Assembly (NCBI GenBank): GCA_002269645.1
Contig: NIVC01000827.1
Location: 463,929 to 527,928 of the forward strand
Direction: 5' to 3'
DNA: 64,000 nucleotides
Source: Macrostomum lignano
Taxonomy: Eukaryota
Shown here: piece after piece, positions 1-14,313 of the stretch
How positions within the stretch are numbered: position 1 is the stretch's first letter
Layout of the letters: each line of letters begins with the position of its first letter
Position numbers and translations under genes: made by a program
Notes under the pieces: model-generated
The model's input: the letters and a program-made list of their open reading frames with translations, nothing else
Told to the model about the DNA's origin: nothing
Database searches by the model: none

Positions 1-23
1 TGGGTACTGTTGAAAGATTCTCT

Positions 24-1373
<1,350 letters not shown>

Positions 1374-1914
1374 GCGATGGACGAATGAACAGCAGGAGCC
1401 ACTGACCCTCTAAAGTGAGTTTTTACTGCTCCCTCAGTCGAGTTTCTTATTTTACTGCTTCCACAAGAGCTGCTTTCGACTTTCTGGCTGGAACATCAGG
1501 GCAGGCAAGTCAGTCCGCTAGTAAAAAATGATTCCGCAGACATTTTTGGCACAGATTTTTGTCCAGTTCGTCCCAACTCGCTTTTTTTTGCCTGGCTGGA
1601 CGATGCAGAGAGGCGGGCGGGGGCAGCAAAGTGGGTGAAACTCGCCGCGCAGTTCGGCTTTTAGGGGGGGGGGGTGGCAGAGATGCTTAGGGATGGCACA
1701 CTGCACTGCAGCAATGGGATATTGACAATTAAGCCTGTGGCTTCGATTCTTTTCGCAATAATTTACGTCAGTAGCTTCCGCCGTTGCGGTATTGGCGCAA
1801 TCTGCCGCTAGTGTGCATGTTTTTGCCATGTTTTCGTTAGTGGGAGTTGGAGATCAAAGTATGCGGTATCATTTTGAAATTGTGTAAGCTTTTCCATTGG
1901 ACTGTGCAGTGATA

Positions 1915-1987
1915 GACTGACTGACTGACTGACTGACTGACTGACTGACTGACTGACTGACTGACTGACTGACTGACTGACTGACTG
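1915..1987. repeat. (GACT)n microsatellite
   Basis: Directly visible gactgactgact run. Confidence 0.95.
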
Positions 1988-2028
1988 AAAGACACGAGAC
2001 CTCAGACAGATGCTAGGACGCAAACTAT

Positions 2029-2531
2029 ACAGACACTAATTCAGACATTACAGACACTAATTCAGACATTACAGACACTAATTCAGACATTACAGACACT
2101 AATTCAGACATTACAGACACTAATTCAGACATTACAGACACTAATTCAGACATTACAGACACTGATACAGACACTACAGACACTGATACAGACAATACAG
2201 ACACTGATACAGACACTACAGACACTGATACAGACAATACAGACACTGATACAGACACTACAGACACTGATACAGACAATACAGACACTGATACAGACAC
2301 TACAGACACTGATACAGACAATACAGACACTGATACAGACACTACAGACACTGATACAGACAGTATGCAGACACTGATTCAGACATTACAGACACTGATA
2401 CAGACACTACAGACACTGATACAGACAGTATGCAGACACTGATTCAGACAATACAGACACTGATACAGACAATACAGACACTGATACAGACACTACAGAC
2501 ACTGATACAGACACTACAGACACTGATACAG
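2029..2531. repeat. 21-bp minisatellite (acagacactaattcagacatt / acagacactgatacagacact)
   Basis: Tandem units visible; source of the spurious SVSVSV/SELVSVM ORF. Confidence 0.93.
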
Positions 2532-3356
2532 ATTCTATCACTAAAACAGGCATAATTATTGCAGCTACGGCTAATTCAGTTCAGCAGGCAATAATATTTA
2601 CTTTTACTATTTCTACTGCAGTTTAGTAAGCAATAATTGACAAATATACACGCCAGTTCCGGGTGCAAAAGTACACCTAATTGGGTGAAGAGCAGGTGCA
2701 GTTGCACATCGGTCTGTCCAGATTGCTTCAATCAGTGCCCAGCAGACGAGAATGCGGTATTCGAATTTCGAATCCCTTTATAAACCAAAGTAAGTCTGTG
2801 TAGAAGAAGGTCAAAAAGTAAATGTAAATATTAACCCAGCTTCGCATTTTACTGTTGCCATGCAAGATGAAGCTTGCTTGCGAGAAAAACTCGAAAAAAC
2901 CCATCTCTAACACTGCACAGCTTCAGAAATATTTTCAATTTATGTTTACGCTTATACAAACTTTTAAAGTAACATGATTTTCAACGTTTTCATGGGGTCC
3001 TCCGTAACAGCTGGCAAAGTTTGGGTAAACAGGCGAAAAATTATGAAACTAAAAAAATCCTATAGGATGAACCTCCCTGCCGTGGCTGCCTGACTGAGGG
3101 AAAACACCAAAACTGTAGCATTTATTTCGCATTGGAAATGCCGAGCCAATACACAGTTTGTAAGCCAATTTCCTCAACCTGCACACTTTGCAAGGTAAAA
3201 AATTGCATTGGCTGAAATTATGCACGGTTTCCTGTGCTTCCGGTTTGTAAGCGACGCTTTTAGGTGCAGTGGTTAAGGTTTCATTGCAGCCGCGAATTGC
3301 TGCTATTTGTGCCATTGAATCATTGACTGAGGGCTAAAGCTGGATTACGAATATTA

Positions 3357-4480
3357 TGGATTGCTAATCTATAGACTGGATTGCTAATCTATGGACTGGA
3401 TTGCTAATCTATAGACTGGATTGCTAATCTATAGACTGGATTGCTAATCTATAGACTGGATTGCTAATCTATAGACTGGATTGCTAATCTATAGACTGGA
3501 TTGCTAATCTATAGACTGGATTGCTAATCTATAGACTGGATTGCTAATCTATAGACTGGATTGCTAATCTATAGACTGGATTGCTAATCTATAGACTGGA
3601 TTGCTAATCTATAGACTGGATTGCTAATCTATAGAATGGATTGCTAATCTATAGACTGGATTGCTAATCTATAGACTGGATTGCTAATCTATAGAATGGA
3701 TTGCTAATCTATAAAATGGATTGCTAATCTATAGAATGGATTGCTAATCTATAGACTGGATTGCTAATCTATAAAATGGATTGCTAATCTATAGAATGGA
3801 TTGCTAATCTATAGAATGGATTGCTAATCTATAGACTGGATTGCTAATCTATAAAATGGATTGCTAATCTATAGAATGGATTGCTAATCTATAGACTGGA
3901 TTGCTAATCTATAAAATGGATTGCTAATCTATAGAACGGATTGCTAATCTATAGAATGGAGTGCTAATCTATAGAATGGATTGCTAATCTATAGAATGGA
4001 TTGCTAATCTATAGAATGGATTGCTAATCTATAGAATGGATTGCTAATCTATAGACTGGATTGCTAATCTATAGAATGGATTGCTAATCTATAGAATGGA
4101 TTGCTAATCTATAGAACGGATTGCTAATCTATAGAATGGAGTGCTAGTCTATAGAACAGATTGATAATCTATAGAATGGATTGCTAATCTATAGAATGAA
4201 TTGCTAATCTGTACATGCTAATCTATAGAATGGATTGCTAGTCTATAGAATGGATTGCTAATCTATAGAATGGATTGCTAGTCTATAGAGCAGATTGATA
4301 ATCTATAGAATGGATTGCTAATATATAAAATGGATTGCTAATCTACAGAATGGATTGCTAGTCTATACAACGGATTGATAATCTATAGAATGAATTGCTA
4401 ATCTGTACATGCTAATCTATAGACTGGATTGCTAATCTATAGAATGAATTGCTAGTCTATAGACTCGATTGCTAGTGTAT
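3357..4480. repeat. 20-bp minisatellite (tggattgctaatctatagac)
   Basis: Three units per 60-nt line; degenerates toward the 3' end. Confidence 0.95.
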
Positions 4481-5324
4481 AGAACATCAAATCTATAGCA
4501 ACTATAATGACTCCCGTCTCAGTGTTACTCCTACAGCCACAACAGAGCCGTCAAACAGTAAATAAGTTGGTTTTGCATCACCGCCTCAACCCGCCATCTC
4601 TAAACACAGCATCGCAAAGCTGCACTGCAGACACTGAGGGACAGAGAGACATGCTGAAACAAAACGAATCAAGCGAAAAGTATCGGGACTTTGTCCTTCG
4701 ATTCCCACGCTTCTTTTTCCCTCTCTGCCAGAAAGAAATTCTGTGGGGTAATTGTGCAATCATGTTTCCTGGGTAGCAACCCCGACCCCCCTCAGCCTGG
4801 CCTAATGGATCATGGCGCCTCACCCTGGACACCGGATGGGAGAGGCAGCAACAGGCGCTGCAGACACTGCCACAAAATGCTTTGACAGTTTTCCAAGTCG
4901 CTTTCAGCTGATTTCGAGAAACAACACAACTCCTGTGTTGATGAAATCTGAGAGGGGGCAGCGCAGATGGAAGGGGCTTCTGCTGCTTCTGCTGCTGTTT
5001 CAACATTGGCCCCACTATCATTTTTCTAAGGCAGATGCCAATGCGGAATAAGAAGAATTTGAATGAGAAAATGCGCAGCTCGGGGCGCCTCCACTCAGTG
5101 GGCCAGGAAGAAAAGTATGGCTTAAAGCGCAGCTACTGATGGATTTGCAAAAAAAGCAATATAATTCAATTTTTGCATAGCTTTGCAACTGTGCAGTAAG
5201 AATTGCTGGGCAGATTCCATTGGGGGCATTTTTTAATGGTCTGTTTTTAATGCATGCCATTCCCATTGTTGAGCCGCGTTCCAGTCTTGCAGTAAAATTA
5301 TCTACCTGATTTCATTTCGTAGCT

Positions 5325-5925
5325 TGTTTCCTCCATCTCTCCCAGGCTCTCTCCTGTTCCATATACCATACTCTCTTCTCCATCTCCAAGACTCTCTCCT
5401 ACCCCATCTCCCAGAGTCTCTCCTGCCCCATCTCCCCGATTTTCTTCTGCTCCATCTTCCAGACTCTCTCCTGCCCCATCTCCAAGACTCTCTCCTGCTC
5501 CATCTCCCAGAGTCTCTCCTGCCCCATCTCCCCGATTTTCTTCTGCTCCATCTCACAGACTCTCTCCTGCCCCATCTCCCAGACTCTCTCCTGCTCCATC
5601 TCCCCTATTCTCACGTGCTCCATCTCCCAGATTATCTTCTCCATTTCCCAGACTCTCTCCTGCTCCATCTCTTAGAGTCTGCTTCATCTCCCAGACTTTC
5701 TCCTGCTCCATCTCCCATACTCTTTTCTCCGTCTCCAAGACTCTCTCCCGCTCCATCTCTCAGACTCTCTCCCGCTCCATCTCCCAGACTCTGTCCTCAA
5801 TCTCCCAGACTCTCTCCTGCTCTATTTCTCAGAGTCTCCCCTGCTCCATCTGTCAGACTCTCCTGCTTTATCTCCCCGATTTTCTCCTGCTCCATCTCTC
5901 AGACTCTCTCCTGCTTCATCTTTCA
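5325..5925. repeat. ~24-bp CT-rich minisatellite (ccatctcccagactctctcctgct)
   Basis: Tandem degenerate units; ORFs over it are low complexity. Confidence 0.88.
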
Positions 5926-6180
5926 GTCTACCCAATCGCAAAGAATGAATAAAAAGCTAAAACGCTTTTATTTCTACTTACAAGCTAGCTATTAGTAGCG
6001 CATTACGAGACATATTGCATAATTTAAATTTATAAAATCTGTAAACTTTAAATTTCATAGGTTCAGACAGCCGCTCAAAAATTGCATATAAAATCACCGA
6101 CAAATCCGAAGGCAAGTCGCCTATCTCAAATAATCTCAGTCCAAAATCTCACCTTCTTTCTAACAAACAGTCGAAGCCTC

Positions 6181-9100
6181 ATGCATTTCAGCGGCGCCCG
6201 AGGAGGCGGCTCCCGCTCTGTCAGCGATGTTGGCAGCGACAATCGCCAAGAAACTCCGTCGACATCCGCAATGTCTAAAATTCGACAACATCAGCAAATT
6301 CAATTTGGCGGCGGCGGTGGCGCGTCGCGCGACTCCAGCCTGGAGCGTCACGTGACCTTCTCGCCGGCCACACGCAGCCCCACGGCCGGGCACCGACGCC
6401 CGCCGCCATCGCCGGTGCCACCGTCGATGAGTCGTCGATTTGGCGCCGATGACGGCAGCGACGATGACGAGGAAGGAGAAGAAGACGATTATAGAGCTGA
6501 TGAAGCCGAGCGTCGGGAAGCTGGGCATCTTCATCCGGCCAGCTTGCTGCAGTTCCCCGGTAGCTCGCTGGTCATCCCGTGCCCGCTGCCGCAGTCCTGC
6601 CCGGCGACGCCGCTGCGTCGTTCGCGCGAGTCGACGGCGGCATCGAAGCAGCCGAGATCAACGCCGGAGGTGAGAGATTCGATTGCGGTGTGAGATCTCA
6701 GAGAGTGAGACTCTGAGAATAGATTCCAAAAATGGATGCTCACTTTAGTGAGACTTTGCAAATTCAATCCTAAAAGTGAAAATCCCTGAATGAGGCTTTC
6801 AGCAGAGTAAGATTCCTAGGATTGAGACTTTCGTAGTGAGATTTTCATAGCGATTTTCTCAGGATGAGATTTTTTAAGAGTGAGATTTTCATAGCGATTT
6901 TCTCAGGGTGAGATTTTAAGAGTGAGATTTTCATAGCGATTTTCTCATGATGAGATTTTAAGAGTGAGATTTTCATAGCGATTTTCTCAGGATGAGATTG
7001 TAAGAGTGAGATTTTCATAGCGATTTTCTCAGGGTGAGATTTTAAAAGTGAGATTTTCAGAGTGAGATTCCGGCAGTGAGATTCCTCAACTGCCACTACC
7101 AGAGTGAGATTCCCAGAGTGAGATTCCCAGAGTGAGATTCCCAGACTGGGAGTCTCTTACCAGAGTGAGATTCCCAGAGTGAGATTCCCAGACTGGGAGT
7201 CTCTTACCAGAGTGAGATTCCCAGAGTGAGATTCCCAGAGTGAGATTCCCAGAGTGAGATTTTCAGAGTGAGATTCCCAGAGTGAGATTCCAGCCACCCT
7301 AAGAGACAGATTTCATCCGATGAGTTTCAGGGTATAGGAATCTTTGACTTACTTACAGGGTATAGGAGTCTTGACATTGCGTGTCACAGGTAATTAAATA
7401 TTTTTCTACATTTTTAATAATTAATTCAAATATTGATTTCAACTGGCAATCCTGGTAACCCAATGACTTCCGTGGACAGAACCTTCCCATAGATTCCCAT
7501 GGAGCTTCCCCAAGCTAATCTCCTTCTCGTCTCCAGTAGCACGTGAGCTTCGTCTTCTGATGTTTCATGAGATGGGGAAAACGCAAACTAATCTTCATCA
7601 GTCAGTCACGCTGAATTTGGGTGAGGCTGAATTGGGATTCTGTTGTTTTAAAAGGGGAGATTGGGAGCAAATGACAAATCCAAGCTTTCTGAGGTCTAAT
7701 CTGAGGGACACGGAAACTCTGTACGGATTCGAAATCTCCCTCCTTAAATTGAATTTTTTAGAATGTCAGTTCAGGAGTCTCAATCTAGCAATGTCAGCCG
7801 GAGAACCTCACTCTGAATCTCACTCTGGGAATCTCATCCTAGGAATCTCACCATGAAAATCTCACTCTGGGAATCTCACCATGAAAAACTCACTCTGGGA
7901 ATCTCACCCTAGGAATCTCACCATGAAAATCTCACTCTGGGAATCTCACTCTGGGAATCAAACTCTGGGAGTCTCACACGGTGAATATCTCTCTGGGAAC
8001 CTCATTTTGGGAATCTCACTCTGGGAATATCACTCTGGGAATCTCACTCTGGGATCTCACTCTGGAAATCTCACTCTGGGATCTCACTCTGGAAATCTCA
8101 CTCTGGGATCTCACTCTTGAAATCTCACTCTGGAAATCTCACTCTGGAAATCTCACTCTGGAAATCTCACTCTGGGAATCTCACTCTGGGAATCTCACTC
8201 TGGGAATCTCACTCTGGGATCTCACTCTGGGAATCTCACTCTGGGATCTCACTCTGGAAATCTCACTCTGGGAATCTCACTCTGGCAATCTCACTCTGGG
8301 AATCTCACTCTGGGAATCTCACTCTGGGAATCTCACTCTGGGATCTCACTCTGGGAATCTCACTCTGGGATCTCACTCTGAAAATCTCACTCTGGAAATC
8401 TCACTCTGGAAATCTCACTCTGGAAATCTCACTCTGGGAATCTCACTCTGGGAATCTCATTCTGACAATCTCACTCTGGGAATCTCATTCTGGGAATCTC
8501 ACTCTGGAAATCTCACTCTGGAAATCTCACTCTGGAAATCTCACTCTGGAAATCTCACTCTGGGAATCTCACTCTGGGAATCTCATTCTGACAATCTCAC
8601 TCTGGGAATCTCATTCTGGGATCTCAGTCTGTGAATCTCACTCTATGAATCACAATTTGGGTATCTCACGACGGTAATCACACCCTGTGAATTTAACTCT
8701 GGAAAACTCACTCTGAGAATCTGACTCTAAGTTTAAGTACATCAGCTAGCAAAGTTTCTCTCCGGCACTGGTGTACTAATTGTGCAAGTTTCAACAACAT
8801 GCAATGGCCTCCGTTAAAATGGGAGCAGATATGAGCCCCTGTGACAGCCGCAGTCTCCCTATCCATTGATGTTTTTGTGGGAAACACGACTAAAAACCTG
8901 GATGGACGGGGGCCGACTTCCCGTGTTGAAAAGCATTGTCAGTTTCTTTTTAATTAAAAAAAAATTCAGCGTATACCTTACCTGCATGAGGATTAGGGCT
9001 AAAGCAATAATGCCTACTTATAATACAGTTATTGTCAGGATGAGGGCATTGTTAACTCTCTGTAGTGCTCAGTCTCGGGGGTGAGAGGCATGCAATGGAC

Positions 9101-12100
9101 ACATGAAGGGTATGAGAGTCACGGGAGAGTGGGGTGAGGGTTGCAGACATCAGAATCTCATATGAGAGTCACGGGAGAGTCGGGATGACGATGCAGACAT
9201 CAGATCAAAATCTCATATGAGAGTCACGGTGGTGCAATCAAAATCTCATATGAGAGTCACGGTGGTGCAATCAAAATCTCATATGAGAGTCACGGTGGTG
9301 CAATCAAAATCTCATATGAGAGTCACGGTGGTGCAATCAAAATCTCATATGAGAGTCACGAGTGAAGGCATCAAAATCTCACATAAGAGTCACGGGAGGG
9401 TCATCAAAATCTCATATGAGAGTCACGGAAGGGACATCAAAATCTCATATGAGAGTCACGGGGAGAGGCATCAGAATCTCATATGAGAGTCAAGAGTAGA
9501 GGCATCAGAATCTCATATGAGAGTCACGGGTAGAGGCATCAAAATCTCATATGAAAGCCATGGGTAGAGGCATCAAAATCTCATATGAAAGCCATGGGTA
9601 GAGGCATCAGAATCTCATATGAGAGTCAAGAGTAGAGGCATCAGAATCTCATATGAGAGTCACGGGGAGAGGCATCAAAATCTAATATGAGAGTCACGGT
9701 GTTGCAATCAAAATCTCATATGAGAGTCACGGTGGTACAATCAAAATCTCATATGAGAGTCACGGTGGTGCAATCAAAATCTCATATGAGAGTCACGGGT
9801 AGAGGCATAAAAATCTCATATGAAAGTCACGTGTAGAGGCATCAGAATCTCATACGAGAGGCACCGAGAATATTAGCAATAATTCGAATAAAAATCAAAC
9901 AGAAGCCTTTTTGTACTTTCAGGTTGCCAGATTATCCGTTGTCTTCGGGCACTTTGGCTCATTAAAGACCGTCAATTGATAATTAATGCTAATTTTTCAT
10001 CTCAGATTCCTCCTCTTCGATGAGGATGTGTCAGGATATTTTTAGATAAAAACTTCGCAAATTAAGTGATTTAGCTCGTATGTAAAACTCATAAATCAAC
10101 TGAATACGTGATCTGGAATCCTGCTATTGAAATCAGATGGTTAGATTAGTGAAATTTTATACCATAAGTAGCGAAGAAAGAAATTGGATTATTTCATAAT
10201 TGAGGGCGACAAAACCATGAATAAATCGCTGAGGAGATAGGAGGGTAAGAGAGTAGGAAGAGAAGGAGGAAGGCTTGAAATGAAGGTGGGAAAAGAGAGA
10301 ATGAGGGAGGGAGAGAAGGAGAGAGTGAGAGAGAGGGAGAGAGGGAGAGAGGGAGACAGGGAGACAGGGAGAGAGGAAGACAGGGAGAGGGGGAGAGAGG
10401 GTGAGAGGGAGGGAGAGAGGGAGACAGGGAGACAGGGAGAGAGGAAGACAGGGAGACAGGGAGAGAGGGAGAGAGGGAGAGAGGGAGGTAAGGAGAGAGG
10501 GGGAGAGGGAGAGAGGGAGACATGGAGACAGAGAGAGAGGGAGAGAGGGAGAGAGGGAGAGAGAGGGAGGCAGGGAGACAGGAAGACAGGGAGACAGGGT
10601 GAGAGGGAGAGAGGGAGAGAGGGAGACATGGAGACAGAGAGAGAGGGAGACAGGGAGATAGGGAGAGAGAGGGAGGCAGGGAGACGGGGAGACAGGGAGA
10701 CAGGGAGACAGGGAGACAGGGAGACAGGGAGACAGGGAGACAGGGAGATAGGGAGACAGGGAGACAGGGAGAATAGAGGGACAGAGGGAGACAGGGAGAC
10801 AGGGTGAGAGGGAGACAGGGAGACAGGGAGAGAGGGAGAGAGGAAGACAGGGAGACAGGGAGACAGGGAAAGAGGGAGAGAGGGAGACAAGGAGACAGGG
10901 TGAGAGGGAGACAGGGAGACAGGGAGACAGGGTGAGAGGGAGACAGGGAGACAGGGAGACAGGGTGAGAGGGAGACAGGGAGACAGGGAGACAGGGTGAG
11001 AGGGAGACAGGGAGACAGGGAGACAGGGAGACAGGGAGACAGGGAGAGAGGGACAGAGGGAGAGAGGGAGACAGGGAGACAGGGTGAGAGGGAAGTAGGG
11101 AGACACGGAGACAGGGTGAGAGGGAGACAGGGAGACAGGGTGAGAGGGAAATAGGGAGACAGGGAGACAGGGTGAGAGGGAGACAGGGAGACAGGGAGAG
11201 AGGGAGGGAGACAGGGAGACAGGAAGGGAGGGAGAGAGGGAGATAGGTAGAGAGGGAGAGGGAGAGAGGGAGAGAGGGAGAGAGGGAGACACGGAGAGAG
11301 GAAGAGAGAGAGGGTGAGAAGGAAAGATGGAGAGAAGGAGAGAGGGAGAGAGGGAGACAGGGAGACAGGAAGGGAGGGAGAGAGGGAGATAGGTAGAGAG
11401 GGAGAGGGAGGGAGGGAGAGAGGGAGAGAGGGAGACACGGAGAGAGGAAGAGAGAGAGGGTGAGAAGGAAAGATGGAGAGAGGGAGAGAGAGAGAGAGGG
11501 AGAAAGGGAGAGAGAGAGGGTGAGAAGGAGAGAGGGAGAGAGGGATAGAGAGGGAGACAGGGAGGGAGGGAGAGAGGGAGATAGATAGAAAGGGAGAGGG
11601 AGAGAGGGAGACGGGGAGACAGGGAGACAGGGAGACAGGGAGAGAGGGAGATAGGTAGAGAGGGAGAGGGAGAGAGGGAGAGAGGGAGAGAGGGAGACAC
11701 GGAGAGAGGAAGAGAGAGAGGGTGAGAAGGAAAGATGGAGAGAGGGAGAGAGGGAGAGAGGGAGAAAGGGAGAGAGAGAGGGTGAGAAGGAGAGAGGGAG
11801 AGAGGGATAGAGAGGGAGACAGGGAGGGAGGGAGAGAGGGAGATAGATAGAAAGGGAGAGGGAGAGAGGGAGACAGGGAGACAGGGAGAGAGGAAGACAG
11901 GGAGACAGGGAGAGAGGGAGAGAGGGAGAGAGGGAGGTAAGGAGAGAGGGAGAGAGGGAGAGAGGGAGACATGGAGACAGAGAGAGAGGGAGAGAGGGAG
12001 AGAGGGAGAGAGAGGGAGGCAGGGAGACAGGAAGACAGGGAGACAGGGTGAGAGGGAAATAGGGAGACAGGGAGACAGGGTGAGAGGGAGACAGGGAGAC

Positions 12101-14313
12101 AGGGAGAGAGGGAGGGAGACAGGGAGACAGGAAGGGAGGGAGAGAGGGAGATAGGTAGAGAGGGAGAGGGAGAGAGGGAGAGAGGGAGAGAGGGAGACAC
12201 GGAGAGAGGAAGAGAGAGAGGGTGAGAAGGAAAGATGGAGAGAGGGAGAGAGGGAGAGAGGGAGACAGGGAGACAGGAAGGGAGGGAGAGAGGGAGATAG
12301 GTAGAGAGGGAGAGGGAGGGAGAGAGGGAGAGAGGGAGACACGGAGAGAGGAAGAGAGAGAGGGTGAGAAGGAAAGATGGAGAGAGGGAGAGAGAGAGAG
12401 AGGGAGAAAGGGAGAGAGAGAGGGTGAGAAGGAGAGAGGGAGAGAGGGATAGAGAGGGAGACAGGGAGGGAGGAGAGAGGGAGATAGATAGAAAGGGAGA
12501 GGGAGAGAGGGAGACAGGGAGACAGGGAGAGAGGAAGACAGGGAGACAGGGAGAGAGGGAGAGAGGGAGAGAGGGAGGTAAGGAGAGAGGGAGAGAGGGA
12601 GAGAGGGAGACATGGAGACAGAGAGAGAGGGAGAGAGGGAGAGAGGGAGAGAGAGGGAGGCAGGGAGACAGGAAGACAGGGAGACAGGGTGAGAGGGAGA
12701 GAGGGAGAGAGGGAGACATGGAGACAGAGAGAGAGGGAGACAGGGAGATAGGGAGAGAGAGGGAGGCAGGGAGACGGGGAGACAGGGAGACAGGGAGACA
12801 GGGAGACAGGGAGACAGGGAGACAGGGAGACAGGGAGATAGGGAGACAGGGAGACAGGGAGAATAGAGGGACAGAGGGAGACAGGGAGACAGGGTGAGAG
12901 GGAGACAGGGAGACAGGGAGAGAGGGAGAGAGGAAGACAGGGAGACAGGGAGAGAGGGAGAGAGGAAGACAGGGAGACAGGGAGACAGGGACAGAGGGAG
13001 AGAGGGAGACAAGGAGACAGGGTGAGAGGGAGACAGGGAGACAGGGAGACAGGGTGAGAGGGAGACAGGGAGACAGGGAGACAGGGTGAGAGGGAGACAG
13101 GGAGACAGGGAGACAGGGTGAGAGGGAGACAGGGAGACAGGGAGACAGGGAGACAGGGAGAGAGGGACAGAGGGAGAGAGGGAGACAGGGAGACAGGGTG
13201 AGAGGGAAATAGGGAGACAGGGAGACAGGGTGAGAGGGAGACAGGGAGACAGGGAGAGAGGGAGGGAGACAGGGAGACAGGAAGGGAGGGAGAGAGGGAG
13301 ATAGGTAGAGAGGGAGAGGGAGAGAGGGAGAGAGGGAGAGAGGGAGACACGGAGAGAGGAAGAGAGAGAGGGTGAGAAGGAAAGATGGAGAGAGGGAGAG
13401 AGGGAGAGAGGGAGACAGGGAGACAGGAAGGGAGGGAGAGAGGGAGATAGGTAGAGAGGGAGAGGGAGGGAGGGAGAGAGGGAGAGAGGGAGACACGGAG
13501 AGAGGAAGAGAGAGAGGGTGAGAAGGAAAGATGGAGAGAGGGAGAGAGGGAGAGAGGGAGAAAGGGAGAGAGAGAGGGTGAGAAGGAGAGAGGGAGAGAG
13601 GGATAGAGAGGGAGACAGGGAGGGAGGGAGAGAGGGAGATAGATAGAAAGGGAGAGGGAGAGAGGGAGACGGGGAGACAGGGAGACAGGGAGACAGGGAG
13701 AGAGGGAGATAGGTAGAGAGGGAGAGGGAGAGAGGGAGAACTGCTACAGCAATAACTGTTCATCATTATCACCATTTCACAGCAGGATCAGCTGAAGAGG
13801 ACCGTCAGCAGTTCGGCTGGGATCCCCAGACCGGGTGAAATTTTCCCGAGCATCGCGGCTCCGGCTCGACTGCCACAGGATGGGGCCGAGGTCGATCAAC
13901 TGCTCCTTACTGACTGCTTCGATTCCCAGCATCCATTGCTGCTTTTTATCTTGCCGCCATCGAAGCGGACCCAGCGCGATCATCTAGCAAACTCGGTGTT
14001 GCAAACTTTCTCCAATCGAGTGGACGAATTTACCAACTGTCGCCTGATTGGTCGACTCTGTAGTCATGGTGACACCGAGGAAATCGGTGCGGTAGCTTTT
14101 CCAATACTGGTGGACCTGTCGGGTCGTGTTGATGGAGCCTGCGGACTCGGCGATAACTCGACTGTCTGTGGAATTTTCGCTCTGAGCTGCGTGGATTTTG
14201 GAGGCGACAAGCGGGCGATTCTGCGGTGGTCAGCGCTGTTTGCCGCTGTTGATGGAGCTCCGAAACAGCCTGATGGATGGGTGGAGCTTGCGCTGAAGAT
14301 GCTTTCTGGATGA
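6181..14313 (+). CDS. Two-exon protein: disordered Pro/acidic N-terminus plus C-terminal peroxiredoxin (AhpC/TSA)-fold domain lacking the peroxidatic Cys; join(6181..6669,13783..14313), ~339 aa
   Basis: Exon 1 ends at CCGGAG|gtgaga (phase 0). Acceptor ttcacag|CAG at 13782 is also phase 0. Exon 2 aligns by eye to 2-Cys Prx: PRPGEIFPSIAAPA ~ KIGHPAPNFKATA; FSNRVDEFTNCRLIG ~ FSDRAEEFKKLNCQVIG; FPILVD ~ IPLVSD. The start (6181 or 6271) and possible extra internal exons are uncertain. Confidence 0.6.
6690..7290 (+). repeat. Tandem gagtgagattccca-type repeats (left arm of inverted pair)
   Basis: 14-15-bp units plus a longer ~36-38-bp variant at 6830-7050. Confidence 0.88.
7805..8730 (-). repeat. 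Tandem tgggaatctcactc repeats (right arm, reverse complement of 6690-7290)
   Basis: The unit is the reverse complement of the left-arm unit. Confidence 0.88.
9108..9860. repeat. ~33-bp minisatellite containing the palindrome TCTCATATGAGA
   Basis: atcaaaatctcatatgagagtcacggtggtgca repeated with variants. Confidence 0.9.
10262..13740. repeat. ~3.5-kb polypurine (GA-rich, gggagacag/gggagagag) satellite
   Basis: Almost purely A/G on the + strand with internally duplicated blocks; produces the spurious PLSLSP and ERGREG ORFs. Confidence 0.97.

Noticed and set aside
4507-5266. Several 64-147-aa ORFs on both strands
   Set aside because: No recognisable motif or consistent splice structure; a small gene cannot be excluded.
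7881-8677. ISLWESHSGNLTL ORFs
   Set aside because: Minisatellite translation in multiple frames.
10157-13775. Three ~950-1190-aa minus-strand ORFs (PLSLSP...) and + strand ERGREG ORFs
   Set aside because: Translation of a GA/CT satellite that cannot form stop codons; open in several frames at once.
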